A stretch of DNA of 64,000 nt from Macrostomum lignano (taxonomy: Eukaryota), in contig NIVC01000507.1 in NCBI GenBank assembly GCA_002269645.1, forward strand, positions 186,001 to 250,000. The letters are read 5' to 3'. A model generated the notes under the pieces. It was not told the DNA's origin and searched no databases. It was given only the letters and a program-made list of their open reading frames with translations. Every line of letters starts with the position of its first letter. Positions within the stretch are counted from its first letter, which is position 1. Below, one piece after another: positions 47,853-59,949 of this stretch. Both the position numbers and the translations under genes were made by a program.

Positions 47853-50800
47853 CCAAGCATGGTCTGCAATGCTGCATAAGTGAATAAGTGAACAATAAAT
47901 CAATCAAGAAAAAGTGAGGGCAGGAGAAAGGGAAGAGAAATAAGGTACTTAATTTTTCAGTAAGCACAAGCATGCAAAGTGTGCTACCCCCCCCCCGGTC
48001 CTTTAGTATGGTGGTGCATAGGTAAGTAGCAAATCTTAGACAAAACTAAGTTGCACTGGACAGGTGAAATTTTGAGGTTGGGCATATATGAACCCAATAA
48101 TGTTGTGCATCTTAGTAAGGCGCACCTATAACCCTCGAACATTTTTAGCTTGAGTTTGAATGTGCATGAGGAAATGCACTTTTGTAAAGACAATCTTAAG
48201 ACAAACATTTCAACTAAAGCCTGTTCCTTTTTTCTGCAGTGAATCCATACAAACTATACTCATTAAATAGATTAGATTCTTCTCTTTAAAATGACACATC
48301 ACTTGTGAAATTTGCTATTGTAGTTTTGAAGTTACAGCAGTTTTTGTGAGATTTTTTTTGTCAATTTTTCAATGCACATGTCTCATATTATTATATTTGT
48401 CATAAGCCAGACCACCTAATGCACCTTGCACATTGGCTGGCTGTTTGTTCCTCATGCTCGGCGCTTTGTGCCTCGTGCGTTTGCTCCGCTCACCCCACGG
48501 GTTTCATGGAGCTCACTGGGGAACTAGACCTTAATAACTTCTAATATAATATTAATATTTAAATGTTTTTGATAGTCTAAAATATTATTAATTTTTTTTT
48601 AAATGCAAACAAACAAAATTTCTGTATAATGAAATGTATATAAGGGGGCTTTGGCCCTATTTGGGAATTTTTAATAGAAAGTAATGATAAATGAGTATGG
48701 GCAATGGATAAATAATCAGCAGTCCCAGTGCATGACAATGATTGTCTGGCAAGTGCCAAGCGCCAGTAACTTTTTTTGGTCAATAAAGGTCAAACAAGTA
48801 ATTATATCAACTTAGGTCAAAAAATATTTTCTTTCTTAAAGTAAGTTTTTAGACTCTTTTAAACATAGCCTAGTTAGTAGTCTGCACAGTATACTTTATA
48901 ATAAAATAAGTTCAAAATTATTAATTAGGCCTATTATCACATTATTATTTAAAAATTATAATATTATTTATGTAAAAATTTTTAACCACTATTATTTATT
49001 AAGCACAAGCAGACAAAAATTGCACAGAAGGGATGCATAGGAAAACTACTATTGCACTAGGCCTATGCAATCTGCTTTGCATAATTACAGTCCCTTTAGG
49101 TAGGCTTAGGGCCTAGCTAGTTAGCTATTAGGGGCCTAGCTTAGCAGCTAGGCCCTAGAACAAATGCTAACAAACCTGCTGGAAAATGCAGACCCTATTA
49201 TTAACTGCTCTATTCAAAACTCTTAGCGGGATCCACTAATGGCTGGGCTAAATGCCCACAGGCAAGGAGCCTAGCTCAAGATTCCCTCAGCGCTCGGCCA
49301 CGTTAGGTAGGCCTAGGTAGTGCATGGGCCACGCACATGGGGGTAAAAACCGTTTAATTTGATTTCTAAGAATCAAAATCAAAAACAATATACAATATAC
49401 AAACTTAATATTTTTACCGTTATTTTATTGTGATTAGGTTATCCTCATTTAAACAGGAATTTTTTTGGCTTTCATCGTGTTAATAAAGCAAAAAAACTTA
49501 AGAATCAATATTTGTTTAAACTTACAAAAAAGTCTTATTGACTTAAGTTATCTTTACAATAAACGCAAAACTGCATTACTTTTTTTATTTACTTAACTAA
49601 AACTCAAAAAACATAACCAATATTTTGAGCACACAAAGAATCTTTGTTTTACTTGATGTACAACATTGTTTTAAAATTGTGCTTTCGCGCAGATTTTTTG
49701 CAATATATTAATAACGCGCCGTCTTCTGAGCTCCGGTTCCAGCTGCAGTCCCAGTCGCGGCGTCAGTCGTTGATTTCGGTACGATGATCAGGCTTATTAT
49801 CTTAGACTAGACTTAATGGAGATCTTTTGTATTTCGATACTTTGTCTTTAAATATCCTTTGAAAAATTAAGTACGCATGTACAGTACTACAGTGTGTCAT
49901 ACATAGATTAATAAGCCAAAAATTTCCCACTGTCATATATGCTGGGATGTAGGCCTATACTAATATACGATAAAAAATGGCAAGTACCCTTATTTTATGT
50001 TGGGAAATCCCGGCATACATGTCGCCTTCCAAACTATGTATGACCTAATAGTCGATGCTCTGAGGTTTTTTTGTGTATAGGCCCAAAGTATGCATCTTGA
50101 TTTTTGAAATTGCATCTTGAAATTGAAAAATTGCTACAATTTAGATGCAGTCTTACAATCTATTGTCCTTTTAAACCTCATTTGAACTGCCTTAAAATAA
50201 GAACTAGAAAACAAGACCATTTTAGACAAAAGAAATTTTAAGCTTTCTAGGTTTTTAAGGCTCATAATAAAGCATCGAAACCAATCTATGCGTGTATCAA
50301 TTTTCCACTGTAAATAGACCTAGTATTGCCAAAAATGCAGAACAATCAACTAAATTATTTTCCAAAAGGGATCTATTACCCAATTTAAAAGAGGTCATTT
50401 ATTGTTACAATATAAAAAGGTCATTTATTATTGTCACAACACCAGCATAGGCCTAGCTTCAAGAATAGGCATGCATTCAATTTTTTAGCATGCATTTGTA
50501 ATTAGGCTATTCAATTTTTTCAGCATGCACCCAGCATGATCTGGACTATGGCCTAGGCCTAGTTCTAAATGCTATGCCACACTTTAGATCATATAGTAAA
50601 TGCCTAAAAATTTGGGTGTGAATTGGCCATATATGCCAAAAGTAGGCATGCACAATTGGCATGCATCACTCTTAAGAAAAAATTGTGCATGCACACCTGG
50701 CATGTACTTTACAGAATCATGCATAAAAGTTATTATGAAGTAGAAAAAGATAAAAAAAGTTCATTTCTAAGCATAATTGCATAGAAATAAACTTTTTAAG

Positions 50801-53656
50801 CTTTCTGGGTTTTTTAAGCCTATAATAAAGCATTTAAACAAATCTTTGCATGCATCTATATTCTTTTTTAGCATGCATTTGTAACTATTTAATTTTTGTT
50901 TAGGTATGTACCAATCATGATCTAGACTATATATGCTATGGAATATTGATGCCCTACTATATACTAGACCACTTAGCTGCAAGGTGGTCCGTAGACACAA
51001 CAGGGAGGCAAGGGTTGCCCATTCCACTTACTAGACCACTAGCTAACAGTAGACTAATTAGGTGATGAGTTGTTTGTTATATTTTTATATCTTTCAATGG
51101 AACTTTTTGAAATATATTAAATATTAAATATTAACAAAATGACTACTAAGACCAAATTATAGTTAGTATATATATTGTCATATATGCCAAAAATTCCAAT
51201 ATATAAAAGGATCTTGTATACACCATTAGTATACAAAGGGGCTTGTATCCCTTGGTATACAAGCTTAGTATATAAAAATCACCAAGATAATAAGTAAGAC
51301 CAATTGTCTTAAGTCTCAACTAACATATACACAATAAACTTAGTGTGTAAAAATGACTAGGTCTAAGTTCAAATAATCAAGTTTGGTATAGGTAGTCTAC
51401 ATGTGCATAGATGGAATAGCTAAATTTTGATTAAAAAGTTCCAAAAAATTATTGAAAACTAAATTAAAAATTATGTCCAACTTATTTATAAATTAAATCT
51501 TGATACTAGTGCTAAGACCTAGGTGATATTATAAATATTCTCTTAATTACTGAATTGAACACTAGCTGACTTTTTAATTTTTACCACAGAGGCAAAATGG
51601 GTATCAGAAAAGCAACTTAGTGTTTTTTATTCTTAATAGTGTAAGATTAGATACTCAAGACAGCAATTTTGAATACACAATAATAGATATTTGCAATATA
51701 TATTGGCATTACATGAAATTATCAGGGTATATAAAATATAGAGCATTTTAATTGTCTTATTATTATTAAATATATCTAAAATTTGTCCTAAAAAACTAGT
51801 TTCAAAAGTCTGAATATATTTTTCATTTTCATTATATATTATATATATAAGAATAATATTAAATTAGTTACATAGTTTTGACTTTTTGTGCTTCTTAGAT
51901 TATTGAATGGGCTGTCTTTGGCTTTAGTCTTTGCCATCAATGTTATATAGGCTTCTTGCTCAAATTCTCTGGCACCTACCAGGGAAGTACAGTTGGCTCT
52001 CACAGGGTGCCTCAGTAGATCTGCTAAGCTCTTGGTAAGATGAGAAAGACTTAAGCACTCTATATAGACTTGGCAGTTCTTGATCGCATGTGTCCATAGT
52101 CAGCAGTTCCTATTGGGCTTAATGTAGGGACAAATAGTGCTAGCTTTGGGTGGTTTTAGCAGTAGCAACTGAGCAATAGTAGTCACAGTCAGATTTAGTC
52201 ACACTTAGACTTGGAGCAAGTTAGAGTCTGGGTCTATCAAAGGCAAGATAGCTTAGAAACTTAGAGAGTAGAGACAGACAAGCCAAAAGAAGTTGCAACT
52301 AAGAAACCTAAACAAATCCTTGACTGAACCAAGGCATGAGGGGGCTCATATATATAGGAAGGAGATATTGCATTATAGGGCACAAGACTTCCAATTTGTT
52401 TGATTTCATGACATTTGTCAAAGGCTTGGTTTGTCTCAGAGGAAACAAGGGTTCACAGGCATACAATCCCCCCTCCCTATATAAACAATAGCCAAGCACA
52501 TAGCCATAGCCAACCATAGGGCTTGTTGCGTGACTGGCTTACATAACAAGGGAAAAAGCCTATTAGCAAAGCCACTAGTGACCCTGGGGCCTATAATTAT
52601 GGCTCTATAATTGGAAAATTAGAAAAAATGCCAAATTTTGCCAAAATTGCAAAATGCCAAACAGAGAACAAAACAAAGGTAGGCCAGACCAAGCAGTCTG
52701 GACACTGCAAAATAAAAGTGTGAGAGACAAAGGCAAACAGGACAGAAAGACGGCACATGAGAACAGAAAGGTGGCAAATGAGTATAGGGAAGTTAGTCTA
52801 GCAATTTATTTAGTTAGCAATTTATATGACTTGCAATGATTTATTAGGCCTATAAAGATATCCATGCCTAGACACCATAGCACTGGAATAGCTACATAAC
52901 TATATATTAAATATAATAAAATGGCAAACATATAGGATTCATACCCTCAAATACTTTTGATACTCATTCAATAGCTATAATCTGTTTGAATAATGACTGT
53001 AATGACTATAATGATTATATTTTTCTAGCATCCATAGATGGTATTTTCTCTAAGACTATGATGAGCTAACTTATGGTTCTATTATATATATATTAATTTA
53101 AGTAGAAAGCTATACATACTAGTAGGTTATGTTAATCAAATCAGTGCATAAAATGATATTGAAGTATCTAGTCTATGATTGTTGTAAGAATTTGTATAAT
53201 TTAAAAAGCCATTTTACTAGAAATAAAAGATTTCTCCTTTTATAACCATTTTAAATAAATTATTCTAAAGGCCAATTTTATATAACAAATCTTAATTTCT
53301 AAAGAATAAATATTTGCATAATTAAAGTACTATTTAATAGGATATTTTTTAACTTGATTTCTACTTTCTACCAATTTTAATAGGCCCTATAATTGTTTTT
53401 TAGAATACCTAGTATACTTGTACTTTAGTACACTATTGAAAATTCCAATGTCCCCTATATAAAAAAATTTACAGGTCACTAAAGCTGATCATCGATCATG
53501 TTCTCTGACCAGAGATTTTACATACAACAAGCTGGTAGCGTATCCAAACAACAGATTCACCTGCTGTCTGCTGCCCTTAGTAAAGCCGGCGCTATAGTTA
53601 TTGATAAGATTGTTAATGATCAGGTTAGTTTAACTGTGCCTATTTGTATCTTATCA

Positions 53657-53900
53657 TGAGCCTTGTGGTTAGAGTGTCAGACTGAAAGGTCGGGAGTTCG
53701 ATTCTTGACCCTCTCGGAACAATTGTTTTCATTGGGCAAAACATTTAACTCTCTGCATTGCTTCAGTTCACCCAGCTGTGAAATGGGTGCCGCCAGCATT
53801 AGCTGGGGTAATTGAGGATGTGTGGGGACCCCCCCCCCCCCCCCAGTCCTTGGACTGAACAGCCGTATGCAGCTGAGCTGTCGGCTGCACATCTGCCCAT
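53657..53900 (+). mobile_element. tRNA-derived CORE-like SINE in Pol lambda intron 1
   Basis: Degenerate A box, B box GAGTTCGATTC, then TTGGGCAAAACATTTAACTCTCTGCATTGCTTCAGTTCACCCAGCTGTGAAATGGG, then the shared tail GAACAGCCGTATGCAG..GCTGTCGGCTGCACATCTG. Confidence 0.82.
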
Positions 53901-54619
53901 TAGTGTACAGTATTTTGTAATTCTTTAATTTTAATTTACATCATAAGTGCTTTTTTCAATTCATTGGAACAGACGCCAATCGACTATTTCATTGCCGACT
54001 CCAAGTTCAGCCAGTTTGATTGTTTTAAATTCTCTAGCAGCAAGAATTTCACTGCCGACTCGCCAGTGTTGGCTGGCTGCCAGTTTGTCTAAGTCGACTG
54101 GCCTGTTGCTTGTTTGAAAGCCCGTCAAGTTTTGCCGTTCAACGAGTTCAAGCTGCACTCTTTGGCGTCCGTTTCGGAGTCGAAGCAGTCAGCTGAGCCA
54201 GATGAACCGCCTAGTAAGCGACCTCGCTCTGCTGCTTTTGTTGTTGAAGAAGCCGACGTTGATTCTTCAGCGACAGCCAGCACTTCGTTGGCGTCGGAAT
54301 CAGCGTCGCAGTCGTTGCGACTTCCACCTCGCGTCGGCGCCTGGATCTGCGCCCAGTCGTCGCTATCAACGCCAGCCGTCTCCGAAGTTGCCTGTCCGGC
54401 TAATGCTGATATTGTCCGAATATTGGGCCAAATGGCCGACACCTACGGATCGACTAACGATAAATGGCTTGTTTACAGTTATAAGAAAGCTGCCCAAGCT
54501 GTTAAACGGTGTTCTAAGCCGATTGATTCTAGGTGTGTTGAGGGCTGGATATTTTCGAGGATTTAAGTATGGGATTGTTAGATCACAGACTACAGAACTT
54601 ATAATTGTTTTTAGAAAAT

Positions 54620-55135
54620 AAAATGTGAGTCATTGAGGCGATTTATAGTTCATTGGTGATTCATAGAAACAAAAATGTGAGTCATTGAGGCGATTTATAG
54701 CTCATTGGTGATTGTTAGATACTAAAATGTGAGTCATTGAGGTGATTTATAGCTCATTGGTGATTCTTAGATACTAAAATGTGAGTCATTGAGGTGATTT
54801 ATAGCTCATTGGTGATTGTTAGATACTAAAATGTGAGTCATTGAGGTGATTTATAGCTCATTGGTGATTCTTAGATACTAAAATGTGAGTCATTGAGGTG
54901 ATTTATAGCTCATTGGTGATTCTTAGATACTAAAATGTGAGTCATTGAGGTGATTTATAGCTCATTGGTGATTCATAAAAACTAGAATATGAGTCGTTGA
55001 GGCGATTTATAGCTCATTAGTGATTCATAGAAAGTAAAATGTGAATCATTGAGGCAAATTATAGCTCATTGGTGCATCATAGAAAATAATATGAGTCATT
55101 CAGGCGCTTTTTAGCTTATTGATGAGTCATAGAAG
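54620..55135. repeat. 52-bp intronic minisatellite, ~10 copies
   Basis: AAAATGTGAGTC recurs at 54724 and 54776. Confidence 0.92.
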
Positions 55136-55724
55136 AAGACGGAAGACATAAGTCATATAAAATCAAACTTGGCTTTTTTGTTAGTTATAAGTCATGGAAG
55201 GCTAATTGGCTACAAAATGTTATTAATTACAATTTATAAGACTCACCGCTATCGCCACTACCCCCCCCCTTAGAGCCAGTGCCCAGTCGCTGCCAGGCGT
55301 TGGTAGCCGATTAGCTGATAAAGATCTGGGAGATAGCCCAGAGCGGCCGCCTAGCCAAGCTAGATTGCCTGTCATCGGACGAGACTGTCGCGGCTTTGAA
55401 ACTTTTTACTAGCCTGTGGGGCGCCGGTCCGGTAACTGCTCAAGCTTGGGTTGCTCAGGGCCTTCGCAGCCTGGATGACCTTGCCAGCAGGCCTGACCTG
55501 CTTAATAGGCAACAGAAAATTGGTTTGAAACACTACGACGATTTTCTTAATCGAATGCCGCGTTCGGAGGCTGGCGAAATTGAATCAGTGGTTGCTGAGG
55601 CTGTACATCAGCTTGGCAACGGTTTTATAGTGCAGGCCTGCGGTTCCTATAGGTAGGTGTCTTTGATTCTAATTACTCGTGATATTACTTCCATTTAGTT
55701 TGAAGTTTAAATTTAACCTTGATA

Positions 55725-56105
55725 AGAATCGCCCTTGCATCGCCATTGAAGAATCGCCCTTGCATCGCTATTAAAAATCGCACTTGCATCGCCATTCGAG
55801 AATCGCCCTTAAACCGCCATTAAATAATCGCCCTTGCATCGCCATTAAAGAATCGCCCTTGCATCGCTATTAAGAATCGCCCTTGCATCGCTATTAAGAA
55901 TCGCCCTTGCACCGCCATTAAAAATCGCACTTGCATCGCCATTCGAGAATCGCCCTTAAACCGCCATTAAAGAATCGCCCTTGCATCGCCGTTAAAGAAT
56001 AGCTCTTGCATCGCTATCAAGAATCGCCCTTACATCGCTATTAAGAATCGTCCTTGCATCGCCGTTAGAGAATCGCCCTGGCTTCGCCATTGAGAATCCT
56101 CTCGG
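55725..56105. repeat. 24/25-bp intronic minisatellite (AAGAATCGCCCTTGCATCGCTATT)n
   Basis: Read directly. Confidence 0.92.
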
Positions 56106-56796
56106 CTTCGTTATGAACCTCAGGCAGTTTCAATAGGCGGCAAAGAAACGAAAAGATGAATCCTTTCTCTCCCTACCCCTTCCTCGCCTTGAAATATTCG
56201 CAGGCGCGGCCGACCAGACTGCGGCGACGTCGACGTACTGGTAACGCATCCAGACGGCCGTTCGCACGCCGGCCTTCTGACTCGCCTAGTGACCCACCTG
56301 GAGCGCACCGGCTTCCTCACTGATCATTTAGTATCCTGCGAAGAGAATGGCGATCACTAGAAATACCTTGGCGTTTGTCGCCTGCCATTGTCGACAAACA
56401 ATTCTGGCCAATCAGAGCGCCGGGCCCGCCGATTAGACATAATCGTGGTGCCGTATAACGAGTACGCCTGCTCGTTGGTGTACTTTACTGGCTCAGAGCA
56501 TTTCTGCCGCAGTCTGCGCCATTTAGCTAAACGATTAGGCATGTCGCTGAACGAGCACGCACTGTATGAAGGTGTCATTAGGCGCGGCGCAGTTAAGGTT
56601 AATCCTGGCCGACCGGTGAATACGCCAGATGAAGCTAGCGTGTTTCAACATCTAGGCGTGCCATATAGGCCGCCGAATGAAAGGGATCATTAGAATATTA
56701 ATTCTGTATTTTTTCACCATAGTCTTTTATTGCTTTTTACATTTCTCTTTTCCTTAATTATTTCGACCTGTATGTCTACTCCTTTTTGTGTTTTAA

Positions 56797-57610
56797 GTCC
56801 GTCTTGCAAATCCGCTCCTTGTCTTGCAAATCCGCTCCTTTGTCTTGCTAATCCGCTACTTTGTCTTGCAAATCCGCTCCTTTGTCTTGCAAATCCGCTC
56901 CTTTGTCTTGCTAATCCGCTCCTTTGTCCTACAAATCCGCTCCTTTGTCTTGCAAATCCGCTCCTTTGTCTTGCAAATCCGCTCCTTTGTCTTGCAAATC
57001 CGCTCCTTTGTCTTGCAAATCCGCTCCTTTGTCTTGCTAATCCGCTCCTTTGTCCTACAAATCCGCTCCTTTGTCTTGCAAATCCGCTCCTTTGTCTTGC
57101 TAATCCGCTCCTTTATCCTACAAATCCGCTCCTTTTTCTTGCAAATCCGCTCCTTTGTCTTGCTAATCCGCTCCTTTGTCTTGCAAATCCGCTCCTTTGT
57201 CTTGCAAATCCGCTCCTTTGTCTTGCAAATCCGCTCCTTTGTCTTGCAAATCCGCCCCTTCGTCTAGCAAATTCGCCCATTCGTCTTGCATATCCGCCCC
57301 ATTCGTCTTGCAAATCCGCCCCTTCGTCTAGCAAATCCGCCCCTTCGTCTGGCCAATCCGCCCCTTCGTCTTGCAAATCCGCCCTTTCGTCTGGCAAATC
57401 CGCCCCTTCGTCTGGCCAATCCGCCCTTTCGTCTGGAAAATCCGCCCCTTCGTCTTGCAAATCCGCCCTTTCGTCTGGCAAATCCGCCCCTTCGTCTGGA
57501 AAATCCGCCCCTTCGTCTGGCAAATCCGCCCCTTCGTCTGGCAAATCCGCCCCTTCGTCTGGCAAATCCGCCCCTTCGTCTGGCAAATCCGCCCCTTCGT
57601 CTTAAAAATC
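56797..57610. repeat. 21-bp minisatellite (GTCTTGCAAATCCGCTCCTTT grading to GTCTGGCAAATCCGCCCCTTC)
   Basis: Direct periodicity. Confidence 0.95.
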
Positions 57611-58129
57611 CGCCTCAAATCTATCATTGTAGAGTATGCATAAAAATTAAATTATGTATTCGCTGCATGCCAAATATTTACATCTAATGGCTTTTTTATA
57701 AACTTTAGCGTTTAAAATATCGAGTTTATCTGTGATTAAATATTTGTAAACATGATACTTTGCCTGTACACCTTCCTGTTTTTCTTACTAACTGTATTAG
57801 GTTTTTTTGCACTGCATGATCTTACTTACTGTTTACAAATATCGTGTTATATGCGCAGATTTTAATTAAATAGTTTTATTTATTCAGATAAATATATATC
57901 GAATCATTTTTATAGAGGTATCTTTTTTTAAATTAATTATTTAAACTTTAGGTTTTAATCTTTAGGGCGTCAGCTTCTTAGTTAAAAATGATGCATTATA
58001 GATGATAAAAACAAACTAGAATAGATGAAGATCATTTTAAAATTTGTTCTAACACCAGAAATTATTATTTAGCAACCCTTACACATGATGGACACTCGTA
58101 CTTTCATACTGCTCAGAAGGATCTATTTC

Positions 58130-58720
58130 TCAAATGCATCTATCTACTTCACATATATTTATCTACTTCTCATACGAATCTATCTAACTTCTCATTTGCA
58201 TTTATCCACTTCTCATGAGCATCTATCTACTCATACGAATCTATCTACTTCTCATACGAATCTATCTACTCATACGAATCTATCTACTTCTCATACGAAT
58301 CTATCTACTTCTCATACGAATCTATCTGCTCATACGAATCTATCTACTCATACGAATCTATCTACTTCTCATACGAATCTATCTACTCATACGAATCTAT
58401 CTACTTCTCATACGAATCTATCTACTCATACGAATCTATCTACTTCTCATACGAATCTATCTACTTCTCATACGAATCTATCTACTCATACGAATCTATC
58501 TACTTCTCATACGAATCTATCTACTTCTCATACGAATCTATCTACTTCTCATACGAATCTATCTGCTCATACGAATCTATCTACTCATACGAATCTATCT
58601 ACTCATACGAATCTATCTACTTCTCATTTGCATTTATCCACTTCTCATGAGCATCTATCTACTTCTCTCATGCATCTATCTACTAATTCACATCTATCTA
58701 CTTCTCTCAGCATCTGTCTA
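58130..58720. repeat. 21/18-bp minisatellite (CTCATACGAATCTATCTA(CTT))n
   Basis: Direct periodicity. Confidence 0.94.
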
Positions 58721-58807
58721 CTTTCCACATCTGGTTAGAAAGTCAGCGGCATGAAAATGAAAAGAATGGGCCCATTGTAATCCAACTGCCATAAAAAAAT
58801 TGCATGC

Positions 58808-59770
58808 ATGGGCCGACTCCGATTGCGTCAACGAGCTGGGGCCGCTTTGGCCGCCGCTCGAGCCTCTGAAGACACTGACAGAGCTGCTGGTGCTGCTCCT
58901 CAGGCACCGTTGAAGATCGTCTGCTCCACCGCTGCCTCCGGCGCTGGCGGCATCGTCAAGCGCAAGCAGCTGGCTTCAAAATGTTCAGCTTTGCTAAAAC
59001 CAAAGAAGCTGACTGGTAGCGCCAGACGGGCGGTGAAGCGGCAGGCTGTCGATATACTTCAGCGACGTCGAGCAACTCAGGCTGGCAAACAGCCGCTGAT
59101 CGAATCCGACGCCGAAGACGACAATGACAATGAAGACAACAATCTGGACGCGAAGCCCAGCATCAGCGACACCGGCGGAGTTGAGCGCGCGCTCAGCGTC
59201 GTGGCGCCGCCCTCCGGCCGGGCGCTCCGGACCGATCTGACCGCCGAAGCGCTTCAATCGGCGATGGCGGCCGTCGATTCGCAGTCGGTGATCAGCGGCA
59301 AGACGGTGAAAGCGCTGGGTCTGCGGCTGAACAAGCAGCAGCGCAGGCGGCTGAAGTCGCAGCTGCTCCGGCAGCGGGTTGAGGCTCAGCAGCTGCAGCA
59401 GAAGGAGGCAAAGAGCGGCAGCAAGGCGGATGACGCCAAGAACCTGCTGCCCCAGATGGACATCCTGGATAGGCTGGCCAGTCCGTCTGACGAGGCGGCC
59501 GCTCGTCGTCGGCTGTTGAAGTTGAAAAAGAAGAAATCAAAGAAATTATCGGCTGCCTCAACAGGCGGCCAGCTGCGGCAGAAGCAACGGAAGCGACTTG
59601 AAGCTGCGACAGCAGATGCTCAACGATTGGCTGGCATGCGGGCGGGAGCTCAGGGCCTGCTGTTTGCTGCTAGCGGTTGCTATAGTAACCCTGAGATGAC
59701 AAAATTGCCAACTGAAGTTAGTGGCGCTGAGACTGTCGAACAGCTTAATAGGATTGCTGGCTTGCTGTAG
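58808..59770 (+). CDS. Single-exon basic 320-aa protein, tentatively SLX9/FAM207A-like ribosome biogenesis factor
   Basis: Non-repetitive GC-rich ORF with the same codon style as the other exons. MGRLRLR start and SVISGKTVK..LNKQQRRRLKSQLLRQRVEA recall FAM207A (MGKVR.., KKEKMKLRREQWLQKIEA). The CDS itself is likely; the family call is weak. Confidence 0.7.
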   Translation: MGRLRLRQRAGAALAAARASEDTDRAAGAAPQAPLKIVCSTAASGAGGIVKRKQLASKCSALLKPKKLTGSARRAVKRQAVDILQRRRATQAGKQPLIESDAEDDNDNEDNNLDAKPSISDTGGVERALSVVAPPSGRALRTDLTAEALQSAMAAVDSQSVISGKTVKALGLRLNKQQRRRLKSQLLRQRVEAQQLQQKEAKSGSKADDAKNLLPQMDILDRLASPSDEAAARRRLLKLKKKKSKKLSAASTGGQLRQKQRKRLEAATADAQRLAGMRAGAQGLLFAASGCYSNPEMTKLPTEVSGAETVEQLNRIAGLL

Positions 59771-59949
59771 CTGTGCTGACTAAGCTATTAATGTTATTAT
59801 TAGCATTTTAATCTGGAGTAAAGTTTTGCATATTTGCATTGTAGCAAAAATAATGATTGATTCGCTTAATCTGTGGAGCTTTTGGAGTTTTCCTTTATTG
59901 TCTGTTTTTTCTCATTTTAATATCCCCGAAGCATTGCAGGACCGCCTTT

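Larger units (their letters stand above)
45242..48090. mobile_element. Probable longer member of the same hAT family (2849 bp)
   Basis: Left end CATACATGCCTAAC..CCAAGGTAAGTCGCAAAA and right end AAAACTAAGTTGCA..GAGGTTGGGCATATATG match the two MITE ends with the same spacing. The flanks ATTGGACT and AACCCAAT are not a TSD. Confidence 0.55.
53498..56693 (+). pseudogene. POLL: DNA polymerase lambda (Pol X family), disrupted. Exons 53498-53623, 53973-54532, 55274-55652, 56204-56693
   Basis: BRCT-like N terminus, 8-kDa domain, LPGVG and LWGAG HhH motifs, [40 protein letters not shown]-terminal ERDH. Lesions: TAA at 54090-54092, +1 A at ~55320, TAG at 56358-56360. Confidence 0.9.

Noticed and set aside
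51900-52260. Second decayed coding fragment on the minus strand
   Set aside because: The open stretches are short, stops are frequent and no motif is recognisable.
54090-56360. Stop-codon reassignment or programmed readthrough in Pol lambda
   Set aside because: Neighbouring genes end normally in TAG or TGA, and the locus also has a frameshift, so decay or error is simpler.
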